A stretch of 44,466 nucleotides of DNA from a virus, in the IMG/VR virus record IMGVR_UViG_3300020536_000001, positions 1 to 44,466 of that record; one strand, 5' to 3'. The notes under the pieces were generated by a model. It had not been told where the DNA came from and searched no databases. It saw nothing but the letters and a program-made list of their open reading frames with translations. Below are positions 8,339-17,626 of this stretch, piece by piece. A program made the translations under genes and the position numbers. Positions within the stretch are counted from its first letter, which is position 1; every line of letters begins with the position of its first letter.

Positions 8339-10068
8339 TTACACCGAATCAACCAATATCGTGCGTGCCAAGTACGGCAACGAATAACGCTCCTGCTAAC
8401 GCAGCAACTAACTTGTCTTATTATACGCCCAGCGCAAGCGTGACAAAGGATAATACCACGGGGTTTGTTAGAATAACATTCGCTGGCTCTGGAGCAAGAT
8501 TTTGTGCGGTTAATTACAATGTAAATCCAGCCACCACCTGCAAAAACGCTATTCTTAGAATTGAGATTTCCAATTTTACAAAAACAGGAGGAGATGTGCT
8601 ATACATCTATGGCTATAATGGCATAGAGATAGATGATAATGGAATATATCAAATACCAATATCCACAGCCACTTTTAATTTTGAATTAGCAGGAAGCACG
8701 ACACTTCAATTCACAATAAAAAGCGCCCAGGTATTTTGCGTATCCGAAAGCGAGGATTGTGATAATTGCAAGACGGGGGATTATCAGCAACCGATATTGA
8801 CGGAGTTCAATGGCTCTGGCTGGACATCTGAGTCACTCAGTTTCCAGGCTCCTGCGCTTATGTTCAAAAACCTCCTTTACAGCATTTGCGATGGAAACCC
8901 CGAATGGACATTAACCTCTGGATGGGGATCAATAGACACAACGCCTGTTTGTGGCGTTGATTTGAATTATTGCTACCCAAGTGCAGGAACGTACAATGGT
9001 TTTGTAAATGGTCTTTTTTCTTCTTCGCTGATCAATGGAAAAACATACAGAATTTCATATACATTAGAAGAGATAGGGGGAGAGTTTTGCGGCTTTGTTA
9101 ACACGCTTGCCGTGCTTAATCCTTCGGCGGCTTCTTTTACCGATGACGCTATTTGTCCAGGAGATTACGTTCATTACTTTACATACACCGGCACAAGCTA
9201 CCTAACGGGTACGAATCTAAACTTTAGCATTAGGACAAATGCGAATGGAAAAGTAAAGATGAGGATTAGCAATGTAAGGGTTGACGAACTCGGTGGATAT
9301 ACGGCTACTCTTCTTCCTTCCGATTTGATATGGTCTAATCCTGCTTTTGATTCTTTCTATAAAAGCATAAAGACCCAAGTTGACTCGGAGTCTTTTTATG
9401 GTGACACTTTTTTCTGCACTTTTCATTTTGTATCAAATAATCCAAACGCAGGATTCAATAAGAACGATTGCTTTAGGATAGTAATTACTCAAGACACTTA
9501 TGATGGGGGGAGTGATTGGTATTGCTTGAGCGAAGAGTACAAATGGATTACCGATCCGTGCAACACCATCCGAGTCTTGGCATCCCAAAATGTGACCGAC
9601 GCGAAGGGGGCTTGCGCTTTTGGATTCAACTATCCCTCCAGCACCGCATTACCAGCTGGCTTCTTTCATCGCACCAGAATCTATGGTGAGTTGAGGAATC
9701 CGCAATACGATGGCGAGGTTGTTTCGTATCAGGATAGCGCAGGCCGCAAGAGGGTCGTGTATGCGGAGAGTCGGGAGTTCGTGGAGTTGGTCGTGAACCT
9801 CTCGCCGAGGTATGTCCACAACTTTATGCGCCTCGCTTGCAGGCACGACATCTTCAACATGAACGACCTCATCATTCCTGCTGCCGATTACTTCACTCGC
9901 TCGGAGGCGTACTCTCCGACCTGGGTTCGGACACGGCTCGTTGCCCCTGCCTTCCTTGAGGTTGAAGTGAAGGAGCAGAACTTACGCAAAGACCCTTGTT
10001 GCGATGGTTTGCCCGTGAACCCCGAAAACTGCGAAACGACTTGTGAGCCTTGTCCTGAGATAGGATAA
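8335..10068 (+). CDS. Tail-tip / receptor-binding candidate, 577 aa
   Basis: ATGA overlap with the upstream gene. The first two thirds are visibly AT-rich and the last third is GC-rich. Cys-rich C-terminus. Confidence 0.55.
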   Translation: MITPNQPISCVPSTATNNAPANAATNLSYYTPSASVTKDNTTGFVRITFAGSGARFCAVNYNVNPATTCKNAILRIEISNFTKTGGDVLYIYGYNGIEIDDNGIYQIPISTATFNFELAGSTTLQFTIKSAQVFCVSESEDCDNCKTGDYQQPILTEFNGSGWTSESLSFQAPALMFKNLLYSICDGNPEWTLTSGWGSIDTTPVCGVDLNYCYPSAGTYNGFVNGLFSSSLINGKTYRISYTLEEIGGEFCGFVNTLAVLNPSAASFTDDAICPGDYVHYFTYTGTSYLTGTNLNFSIRTNANGKVKMRISNVRVDELGGYTATLLPSDLIWSNPAFDSFYKSIKTQVDSESFYGDTFFCTFHFVSNNPNAGFNKNDCFRIVITQDTYDGGSDWYCLSEEYKWITDPCNTIRVLASQNVTDAKGACAFGFNYPSSTALPAGFFHRTRIYGELRNPQYDGEVVSYQDSAGRKRVVYAESREFVELVVNLSPRYVHNFMRLACRHDIFNMNDLIIPAADYFTRSEAYSPTWVRTRLVAPAFLEVEVKEQNLRKDPCCDGLPVNPENCETTCEPCPEIG

Positions 10069-10084
10069 TTGCGTGGCGATTCGT

Positions 10085-10092
10085 TATATTTG
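10085..10092 (+). promoter_or_regulatory. TAnnTTTG box (TATATTTG) upstream of the 192-aa structural gene
   Basis: Sits in the 94-bp intergenic gap; no clean TTTG at -33. Confidence 0.3.
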
Positions 10093-10162
10093 CAATTACA
10101 TCGTGCGTTGTGGCCTGTCTGCCAATAAATGACGAGATTGAAATCCTTTAATTTTTAACAAA

Positions 10163-10741
10163 ATGGCTTATTTAGAATACGGCTGTACTGCTTTGCCGAA
10201 TCACGAGCTTGTGCTTTGTGGTGCTTACAACAGGGGCGGTATCTCTGCGATTGGTATTCTTGAGGAGGACGCATTTGGCACCGGGGCTACTTTTGCAACC
10301 GCTGCCGATTGGAGCAATGGTGCGAAATACACCACCGCTATCAACGCTGGAGACCTCAAAATTATCAAGAATGTTCGTGGAACGGTACCCGATGCATCTC
10401 CCGTAGATGTTGACAATCCTGTTGGATGTGGCCCAACCTCGCTCTTGGCTGGGTTTGACTTTACCGCTACCTGGATGGATGCCAACACAACCGATGGAAG
10501 CATTGACTTTTACAACGCCCTCAACAAGCGTGTAACGGGCTTGATTCTGTACCTGTGTGGCTCTAACGAGGTGATGGTGATCACTCAACCCGTGAACTAT
10601 GTGTGCCTGCCGGTTAATGTCCCTGCTTCCAACAAGGAGCTTCAGATGTTCAACTGCACAGCCCGTGCTTCGCTCGGCCCAGACCAACTCCCACAGAAAT
10701 ACGTTGCGCCTTCAAACGCAGACGCTATCTTCGGGGTTTAA
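10163..10741 (+). CDS. Structural protein, 192 aa; possible major tail protein
   Basis: A stand-alone unit with its own upstream gap and a strong downstream terminator, which suggests high expression. No tube protein is recognisable elsewhere. Confidence 0.4.
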   Translation: MAYLEYGCTALPNHELVLCGAYNRGGISAIGILEEDAFGTGATFATAADWSNGAKYTTAINAGDLKIIKNVRGTVPDASPVDVDNPVGCGPTSLLAGFDFTATWMDANTTDGSIDFYNALNKRVTGLILYLCGSNEVMVITQPVNYVCLPVNVPASNKELQMFNCTARASLGPDQLPQKYVAPSNADAIFGV

Positions 10742-10764
10742 GTTTCGGTTTGGTTTTTTTGAAT

Positions 10765-10792
10765 CCTCGGCCTTTGGTCGGGGATTTTTTTT
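10765..10792 (+). terminator. Rho-independent terminator
   Basis: Stem CCTCGGCC / GGTCGGGG (8 bp with 2 G-U pairs), loop TTT, then ATTTTTTTT. Confidence 0.7.
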
Positions 10793-10799
10793 ATCTTTG
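10792..10799 (+). promoter_or_regulatory. TAnnTTTG box (TATCTTTG) 5 nt before the first glycosyltransferase ATG
   Basis: Directly follows the terminator T-tract, which implies a very short or absent leader. Confidence 0.3.
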
Positions 10800-10804
10800 C
10801 ACAG

Positions 10805-11752
10805 ATGAGTGCAAAAACAACAGGGATAGTGCTTATGGCTTTTGGAAAGTCAGCCTATCACGAAATGGCCTACAATTTTGCGTTGTCGGTCAAACATTTT
10901 GACAAAGACCTTCCGATTCAACTTATTTGCGACAAAACCGATGTCCTCATAAGCCATAAGTATTGGGTATTTGATATTAAGACCATTATTGACCAAGATG
11001 ATTTGTATCATAACGGGGCGTTCAGTCCTGGCAGAGCCAAGACCCGAATGGACAAGTACCTGGCTTTTGACAACAACTTATATTTTGACATTGATGGAGT
11101 TTGCCTAAAGTCTTTGAAGCCTCTCGTTGATCATCTGCATAGCCTTCCAAAGGAGGGCTTTTTTTATTCCCAGGTAGCATCTTGGGAAGACCCGAAGGGA
11201 GGCACACCAAAGGCAAACCTAAAAAGGGATGGGGCAGATTTTCCTCCTATGCAATGGGCCACGCTTGATACCATTTGGGAATACCATGAACTTGACGATG
11301 ATGCCGAGGTAACGGCCATAAACAGTTCCTTTATGTTCCTTCGCAAGGGAGAGAAGCTCACGGAGTTCTTTGCTCAGGTAAGGGACAACATTGACAACGG
11401 CATCCCTATTTCAAGGCTTAAAATGGCTTGGGGAAATACTTATCCTGACGAACTCGCCTTTAATATTGCTTGCGCCCAATACAAGATTGACCCATTCCCT
11501 GGATGCAACCCTGTTTATTTCCAATACCGAAATGCATTGTCAGTCAAGACTATACCTTGGATGATGGACAATTATTATGTTTTAGGCTTGTTTGGTGGCG
11601 CAGGATTCACTCACAATTCAGCCTGGGAGCATTCTTGCGCCCTTCTTGGCCAATACCATAGGAATATGGGCCTCACCCACGAATACAAGTGGCATAATTT
11701 GGTAAAACAAAAACACGCAGGACAACAAAGACTATTGATACGATGGAATTAA
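10805..11752 (+). CDS. Nucleotide-sugar transferase-like protein (GT8-like), 315 aa
   Basis: GIVLMAFGKSAYHEMAYNFALSVKHF N-terminus and a DxD-like YFDIDGV motif. Confidence 0.5.
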   Translation: MSAKTTGIVLMAFGKSAYHEMAYNFALSVKHFDKDLPIQLICDKTDVLISHKYWVFDIKTIIDQDDLYHNGAFSPGRAKTRMDKYLAFDNNLYFDIDGVCLKSLKPLVDHLHSLPKEGFFYSQVASWEDPKGGTPKANLKRDGADFPPMQWATLDTIWEYHELDDDAEVTAINSSFMFLRKGEKLTEFFAQVRDNIDNGIPISRLKMAWGNTYPDELAFNIACAQYKIDPFPGCNPVYFQYRNALSVKTIPWMMDNYYVLGLFGGAGFTHNSAWEHSCALLGQYHRNMGLTHEYKWHNLVKQKHAGQQRLLIRWN

Positions 11753-12390
11753 GCGGATTCATCTCGGTCATTACGACCTGCAAAGGCCGTATGCATCATT
11801 TGGAAGAGGCATTACCTACTTGGCTTGCCCAAGAGGGGGGCAATTACGAGATTATCGTGGTGGATTATGGAGACCCCGATAAGAGCGCCGATTATGTGGA
11901 GGAGTTGAACGACCCACGAGTTCGTGCGGTAAGGCACGAGGCCGAAGGCTTTAACCTTAGCCGCGCAAGAAACATCGGTGCCTTGGCCGCTTCCGAGAAG
12001 GCCGACACCTTTGTTTTTATGGATGCCGATGCCTTGATGACCAACTCTGCATTCCTTAACTACCACAAAATCAAGGTTATGGATGGTGGGACATTCGTTA
12101 CGGGATGGAATTATGGCGATGGTACGGGATGTTGTATGGTTTGGAAAGAGTTGTTTTACCGGGCCAAGGGTTACAACGAGATAGTGGATGGATGGGGCAT
12201 TGACGATGTTGACTTTTATTGGAGGGTTGAGCGTCTTGGGTTTGAGCAAAGAAGTTTTCACAACGGCCTGCAAACCATTAAGCACGATGACGAGGATAGG
12301 GTCAGGTTCTATGCGAACAAGAACATTTTGGCAACCAATCAGAGCAATTACGATAGGTCTAAAAGAGCATTTGTGAGCTGCATCCCATGA
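11743..12390 (+). CDS. Family 2 glycosyltransferase, 215 aa
   Basis: ISVITTCKGR...YEIIVVDYGDPD, FMDADA (DxD), and GYNEIVDGWGIDDVDFYWR (GT2 / galactosyltransferase-C-like). Confidence 0.75.
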   Translation: MELSGFISVITTCKGRMHHLEEALPTWLAQEGGNYEIIVVDYGDPDKSADYVEELNDPRVRAVRHEAEGFNLSRARNIGALAASEKADTFVFMDADALMTNSAFLNYHKIKVMDGGTFVTGWNYGDGTGCCMVWKELFYRAKGYNEIVDGWGIDDVDFYWRVERLGFEQRSFHNGLQTIKHDDEDRVRFYANKNILATNQSNYDRSKRAFVSCIP

Positions 12391-13238
12391 ACATTAAAGT
12401 AAGAGCGATATGTAATTGGACCGATTCTGCGTCTTTGAACCGCAGGATTATGGAGCAGTCCTTGTGGAGCGAGGCCGATGGTATCACCTTCGTTGATGAC
12501 GATTCTTACGATTGGCTCGTGGTATTCAACGACAAAAGAGGAGCCGAGCCTCGTGTCCCCAAGGAACGAGTCATAGGCTTCATCCAAGAGCCACCAGACC
12601 ACGATTTCTTTGACCGGGGCATTGGGTCCTATTGCTCCGTTGTTTACACTTGTACGGAGCCACAAGCCTATGGAATTGAGGGCAACTTGGTTGGCTTCCC
12701 TTGCGGTATGTTTTACCATATGGATGGGCCTTTGTCGGATTATCTTGACGGCTTTGAGAAGCGAAGGGTTGCAAGTATGGTGACGAGCAACATCGCCCAC
12801 GGATTTTACCTCTTTAGATATAAGATAGCCAAGGAACTTGCCTCTTGTGGATGGGTTGATGTTTATGGCCGTGGCCTGAATGTCAGGGGATGCAAGGGCG
12901 AACTCGGCAACAAGGCCGATGGGTTGATTCCCTACAAGTTCTCGGTATGTATGGAGAACGGCATTTGGGACGATTACATCTCCGACAAGATTATTGACGC
13001 TGTTCTATGTAGAACAATCCCTATTTATGTGGGAGCAAGGAACATCCACGAGCATATCCCTTTTGCCATTCGCCTTGAATCTTATGGCAACGCATCCTTC
13101 GCAAAGGCCGAGATTGAACGCATCGTGTCTTCGGTTGATTACGATTTCATTCTGCTCCAAATGAATGCTTGGGTTCGTAAATATGCCAACGAATACACGA
13201 TTTACTCAAAGATTAAACAAACCATTCTAAACCAATAA
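12387..13238 (+). CDS. GT10 (fucosyltransferase)-like glycosyltransferase, 283 aa
   Basis: YKFSVCMENGIWDDYISDKIIDAVLCRTIPIYVG matches the remembered GT10 signature (KF..afEN...dYvTEK..da......P.y.G). Confidence 0.6.
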   Translation: MNIKVRAICNWTDSASLNRRIMEQSLWSEADGITFVDDDSYDWLVVFNDKRGAEPRVPKERVIGFIQEPPDHDFFDRGIGSYCSVVYTCTEPQAYGIEGNLVGFPCGMFYHMDGPLSDYLDGFEKRRVASMVTSNIAHGFYLFRYKIAKELASCGWVDVYGRGLNVRGCKGELGNKADGLIPYKFSVCMENGIWDDYISDKIIDAVLCRTIPIYVGARNIHEHIPFAIRLESYGNASFAKAEIERIVSSVDYDFILLQMNAWVRKYANEYTIYSKIKQTILNQ

Positions 13239-13241
13239 GTT

Positions 13242-13760
13242 ATGCACGGAGAACAAGTAAATTTCATTAATGTCGTTAAGGCTGGATTTCCAGAAATGTT
13301 CAAGGGGAAGAAAGTTTTGGATGTTGGAAGCCAAGACATAAACGGTAGCAACTTGCAATTCTTTGAGGAATGCGAGTATTTGGGGATGGACATTGGTGAG
13401 GGTAAGAATGTTGACATTGTTGCCTATATCCACGAATGGATTGAAGAAACGGACGAGCGTTTTGATGTGGTGATTTCGGGGGAGATGCTTGAACACGATA
13501 AGTTCTGGAAGAAGAGCATTAAGGCGATGTATAAGGCTTGCAAGCCTGGTGGCTTAATCGTTATTACTTGTGCTGCTCCTGGCAGACCAGAACACGGCAC
13601 CGCCAAGTCGGAGGGATGGAACTCTCCATTCACAACCGATTACTATCGCAACATATCGGACAAGGATATGGAATTGGCCTTAAAGGGATGTGAGTTTGAG
13701 GAGAAAGAAATATCCATCCAAGGTTGGGATATGTATTTCTGGGGCGTTAAGGCGAAGTAA
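13242..13760 (+). CDS. Class I SAM-dependent methyltransferase, 172 aa
   Basis: KKVLDVGSQDINGS (motif I), FDVVISGEMLEHD, KPGGLIVITCA. Confidence 0.8.
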   Translation: MHGEQVNFINVVKAGFPEMFKGKKVLDVGSQDINGSNLQFFEECEYLGMDIGEGKNVDIVAYIHEWIEETDERFDVVISGEMLEHDKFWKKSIKAMYKACKPGGLIVITCAAPGRPEHGTAKSEGWNSPFTTDYYRNISDKDMELALKGCEFEEKEISIQGWDMYFWGVKAK

Positions 13761-14512
13761 TGTATATCGGCATAACGACCTTCAAGGAGCGTTTCCGTTC
13801 CCACCTAATCCCCTTGATTGAGGATTTGAGTGGAATGGATGTGATTGTTGCGGTCAACGCTTCAAGCAAGACGGGCCTTGACAACGAATACCGAAGGGAT
13901 ATGCTTCGGTTTCTTGCCGATCACGACAATGTAAGCCCCATCTTCTACCAGGAGATGCGAGGCTTGGCCAAGATGTGGAACGATTTGGTTGTCCACTCTC
14001 CGACCTCTCATATTTTGATTCTGAATGACGATTTAAGGGTGAGCAACAAAAAGGCCCTTATGGACAGGGTGAGTCAAATAACGACCACCCAAGCCAATAT
14101 GTTCGTGCTGAATGGTTCTTGGTCGCACTTCGTGACCTCCAGGAAGATGATGCAGGAGTTGAATTGGTTTGACGAAAGGCTTTTGGGATTCGGGGAGGAG
14201 GATGGCGATATGATGTACCGGCACATTGAAACCTATGGGTTTATGCCTCCATCGTTTGAATGCCCCCATATCCATAATGTCTCAAGCGATGTGAGGGACA
14301 ATGGGGTAAAGCCAGGGGTGGCCAAGTACAGTCTGTTCAACCGTGCCTTCGCTGGGTTTTGCGAACACGACATCCCCAATCTGCCGAAGAAATACCGGCC
14401 AGAGCGAAACGGAATCCAGGCAATGTTCAATGTGCCTATGAGGAATCAGCTTGAGAACAAGCAACAATACCCTTACGAATCGTTCTTTGATGAGTTTAAG
14501 GCATACTTGTAA
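13760..14512 (+). CDS. Glycosyltransferase (GT2-like), 250 aa
   Basis: ILILNDDLRV (DxD region) and LLGFGEEDGDMMYR. TAATG overlap with the methyltransferase gene. Confidence 0.55.
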   Translation: MYIGITTFKERFRSHLIPLIEDLSGMDVIVAVNASSKTGLDNEYRRDMLRFLADHDNVSPIFYQEMRGLAKMWNDLVVHSPTSHILILNDDLRVSNKKALMDRVSQITTTQANMFVLNGSWSHFVTSRKMMQELNWFDERLLGFGEEDGDMMYRHIETYGFMPPSFECPHIHNVSSDVRDNGVKPGVAKYSLFNRAFAGFCEHDIPNLPKKYRPERNGIQAMFNVPMRNQLENKQQYPYESFFDEFKAYL

Positions 14513-14527
14513 TAGCGAATTATGCCT

Positions 14528-14535
14528 TAATTTTG
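14528..14535 (+). promoter_or_regulatory. TAnnTTTG box (TAATTTTG) upstream of the portal gene
   Basis: Lies in the 76-bp gap between the glycosylation island and the portal gene. Confidence 0.3.
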
Positions 14536-14588
14536 AGCATAAAACCATTCCAAATGTGCAAATGCAGAGGCGGTAAAAAGCGATAGCC

Positions 14589-16454
14589 ATGACAACAGAG
14601 GAAATTCTCCCACTGTTAGACAAAATCATAACGGAGTACAAAAAGTACGAGGTTAAGAAAAAGTCTGACAAGTTCTATATCCCCGATTTCTACCCGACCT
14701 ATCAGTCTTGCGTGGAGATGGAGATGAGGCTTCGGATCCACTCCGATTACGATGCCTTCCCCGAAAAGCTGTTCCGGGAGAAAGCCCCCAACGAACTCCC
14801 TCACGAGTTCAATTATCGGAAGAACATCTACAAGCCCATAACGGTCCCTTATTTCCATAAGGCCGTAAACATCGCTGGGCGAGTGTGGAACCGGCAGAAT
14901 TACGAGGTTCGCTTTGAGGACGCTTCCCAAGAGCGGTATTTCAACGAGGATTATCCTCGCTTTGGTTCGTTGGAGAACTATTTCCAGCAGATCGTGACCT
15001 TTATGACCTTGACCGACCCCAATGCGGTCTTGGCCGTTATGCCTACCGACCTCCAATACTTTGAGGACGGCACCTTCAACGACACCGTTGAAACCACTCC
15101 CGTGGCCCATTGCTTTCACTCCAAGCGAGTGTGGGGATGGAAGGATGGCGAGTACGCCATCCTAAAGGCCGATTACGGTTCCGAGGTTGAGCATGGCCGT
15201 ACCAAGACGGATGATGGTTTGGTTTTCTACATCTTTGACAGGAACGAGATTCAGATAGCCAAACAAATCGGCAAGAAGGGCGATTATGAGTTTGAGATTG
15301 GCCTTTACTATCGCCACAACCTTGGCTATTTGCCTTGCACGAGGCTCGGAGGTATTTCGGTGCAGGAGCATGGCGATTACTATTTTCAATCCTTCTACAC
15401 CCCTGCCATCCCGGCTTTGGACCAAGCCGTGTGCGATTTCAGCACCTTGCAGATGTCCAAGTTCAGCCACGCTTTCTTGCAGAAGTGGGAATATGTGGAT
15501 GAGTGCGATAAGTGTAATGGATCGGGGTACATTGAGGAGGCTTTAGGCTTTGAGGAGAAGGTTGCCATCGCTTGCTCTAATTGCGCTGGCTCTGGCACGA
15601 AGCGGATGTTCGGGCCGATGTCGGTGTACCAGGTGCAGACCCCAAACCGCTTCACCACCGAGGTTGAGACCAAGGTGAACATCCCTCCTGCCGGGTTCAT
15701 TGAGTTGGATCCGCAAATCCTTGACTTCTTAAACAAGCAAGTCATTACCAATATTCAAATGGCCTTTGAGTTGTTGTCCATTGATGTAATGAACAACGAG
15801 AAGATTTCGGGCCGTGAGACCGCCACAGGTAAGGCCATTGACCGTGAGGAGTTGTATTCCTTTCTGCTCCGCTTTGCCAACACCATCTTTGCCGATTATG
15901 AGTTCGCTATGGACACGATTGGGAGGATGCGTTATGGCGATGCTTGGTCTATGCCTGCGGTTCGTTATCCGCAGAACTTTGAGATGCGCACCGATGCGGA
16001 GTTGACCGCAGAGATTAAGTTGGCCCCGACCTTTTCCAAGGCGATGTTGGCCCAGCAATACCTTGACACTCGCTTCCCCATCCAAGAGGAGAAGAGTGCG
16101 ATAATGAAGTTGAGCGTCCAGGTTGACCCCTTCTTCAATCTTGAAACGAGGGATGTCTTGGCGTTGGTTGCTTCGGGCATTGCCCCCAAGTGGAAGGCGA
16201 TAATGCACTTTGAGTTGGAGTCCTTGATTAAGGAGGCTTTGTCGGAGAACGAGGAGTTCTTGACGCTGACCTTGGCCGAGCAGAAGGCGGTATTGATAGA
16301 TATGGCTAAGAAGTTGGTGCCAGAGGATGAGGGTTCGTCCAGGATGACTCCCCAAAGCGTTATGAACGCACGGACGGCTGTTCCTGCCGCACCGGTAGAG
16401 GAAGAAGAAGAGGAAGAAGACGAAGAGGAAGAGGAGGAGGAGGAAGAATCGTAA
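14589..16454 (+). CDS. Portal protein, 621 aa, with an internal CxxCxGxG x2 zinc-finger-like insert and a poly-Glu tail
   Basis: Size, position directly before a MuF-like gene, scaffold and capsid, and acidic C-terminus EEEEEEEDEEEEEEEEES. The call is by synteny. Confidence 0.65.
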   Translation: MTTEEILPLLDKIITEYKKYEVKKKSDKFYIPDFYPTYQSCVEMEMRLRIHSDYDAFPEKLFREKAPNELPHEFNYRKNIYKPITVPYFHKAVNIAGRVWNRQNYEVRFEDASQERYFNEDYPRFGSLENYFQQIVTFMTLTDPNAVLAVMPTDLQYFEDGTFNDTVETTPVAHCFHSKRVWGWKDGEYAILKADYGSEVEHGRTKTDDGLVFYIFDRNEIQIAKQIGKKGDYEFEIGLYYRHNLGYLPCTRLGGISVQEHGDYYFQSFYTPAIPALDQAVCDFSTLQMSKFSHAFLQKWEYVDECDKCNGSGYIEEALGFEEKVAIACSNCAGSGTKRMFGPMSVYQVQTPNRFTTEVETKVNIPPAGFIELDPQILDFLNKQVITNIQMAFELLSIDVMNNEKISGRETATGKAIDREELYSFLLRFANTIFADYEFAMDTIGRMRYGDAWSMPAVRYPQNFEMRTDAELTAEIKLAPTFSKAMLAQQYLDTRFPIQEEKSAIMKLSVQVDPFFNLETRDVLALVASGIAPKWKAIMHFELESLIKEALSENEEFLTLTLAEQKAVLIDMAKKLVPEDEGSSRMTPQSVMNARTAVPAAPVEEEEEEEDEEEEEEEEES

Positions 16455-16455
16455 T

Positions 16456-17262
16456 ATGACTTTAGAACAAATTCAGTCCAAGAAGCAGAAGAACTTGGAC
16501 ACGATTGGCGAGGAGTTTGGCAAGCAGGTGGAGGAATCGCAGAACGAGGTTCTGCCCCTTATCATTGCCCTGCTCGCTTTATTCAGTTACGACAAGAACG
16601 GCAATATATCTTTTGACACGGCCAATTATGCTCGTGTCAATGCCTTTATGGATGGAGTTGATGGGGCCGTTGCCGGGAGCAAGTATTTTGATGCCTTGGT
16701 CTTCTTGATGGACAAGGTGGATGCCCAGGCCGAACTTACCAGAGAGATGTATCGCAAGATGGACCTTAACCCCGATGCGGTTTCCGGCATTGATTACGAG
16801 GCCCAAGCGACCTCTATGCTTGAGGACTTGACCAATTTTAAGTCGGGATTTTCAACGGCCTTGAGAAACTTCATCCTTGCGTCTATTGCCTCTGGCTCTG
16901 ACCGAACCGCTTTGGAGGAGGGCATTGCCCAAATCGTGAAAGGGGGTGCTGGAAAAAAGGGGTTGCTCTTTGACACGGCCACGCTTACGGCTGACACGAT
17001 GTTTGCGGTGATTGACCGCTCCTTCACCTTTGCGATGGGCGAGGCTTTGGGCATTAAGAAATACTTGTACGCAGGAGGCTTAATAAACGATTCTCGGCCA
17101 TTTTGTGTGGCGAGGGATGGTAAGGTATTCACGAAGGAAGAAGTGCGCTCCTGGGGCAAATTAGGCGATTGGAAGGGCAAGATTGTCGGCACCGATGAAT
17201 CCACCATTTTTATCTACTTGGGAGGATATCGTTGCAGGCATTGGCTTGTCCCTCAAGTTTAG
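16456..17262 (+). CDS. Head morphogenesis protein (SPP1 gp7 / Mu F-like), 268 aa
   Basis: C-terminal RPFCVARDGKVFTKEE...YLGGYRCRHWLVP resembles the MuF family signature; it follows the portal gene. Confidence 0.7.
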   Translation: MTLEQIQSKKQKNLDTIGEEFGKQVEESQNEVLPLIIALLALFSYDKNGNISFDTANYARVNAFMDGVDGAVAGSKYFDALVFLMDKVDAQAELTREMYRKMDLNPDAVSGIDYEAQATSMLEDLTNFKSGFSTALRNFILASIASGSDRTALEEGIAQIVKGGAGKKGLLFDTATLTADTMFAVIDRSFTFAMGEALGIKKYLYAGGLINDSRPFCVARDGKVFTKEEVRSWGKLGDWKGKIVGTDESTIFIYLGGYRCRHWLVPQV

Positions 17263-17321
17263 TTTGCCCATTATTGTTTATATTTGCGGTACAAACCTTT
17301 CACCCTTAAACCCATTCATTT

Positions 17322-17615
17322 ATGATTGAAGTAAAAAGAGGCAGGCACATCCGTGCCATCAAGCCTGACGGTGAGGTCGTTTTCATTAGCGATGCGACCG
17401 CCCGAAACAGTAAGTTCTTGCAGAAGTACAACATCCGCATTGACGATGAGGAGTACTTAAACCCAAGCAAGCCTCAGAGCATCGTTATTGAAGAGGCTCC
17501 AAAGCGCAGGCCGATTGCAAGAAGGCGAACTGAAGAGGTCATCGTGTCTCAATCAGCCGATAGCATCGTTGAGCAGTCTCCAAACATTGACCTTGAACCA
17601 TCTGAAATCCAATAA
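17322..17615 (+). CDS. Hypothetical protein, 97 aa
   Basis: ORF in the head module. A TATATTTG box at 17279..17286 lies upstream. Confidence 0.6.
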   Translation: MIEVKRGRHIRAIKPDGEVVFISDATARNSKFLQKYNIRIDDEEYLNPSKPQSIVIEEAPKRRPIARRRTEEVIVSQSADSIVEQSPNIDLEPSEIQ

Positions 17616-17626
17616 ACCCATCAATT

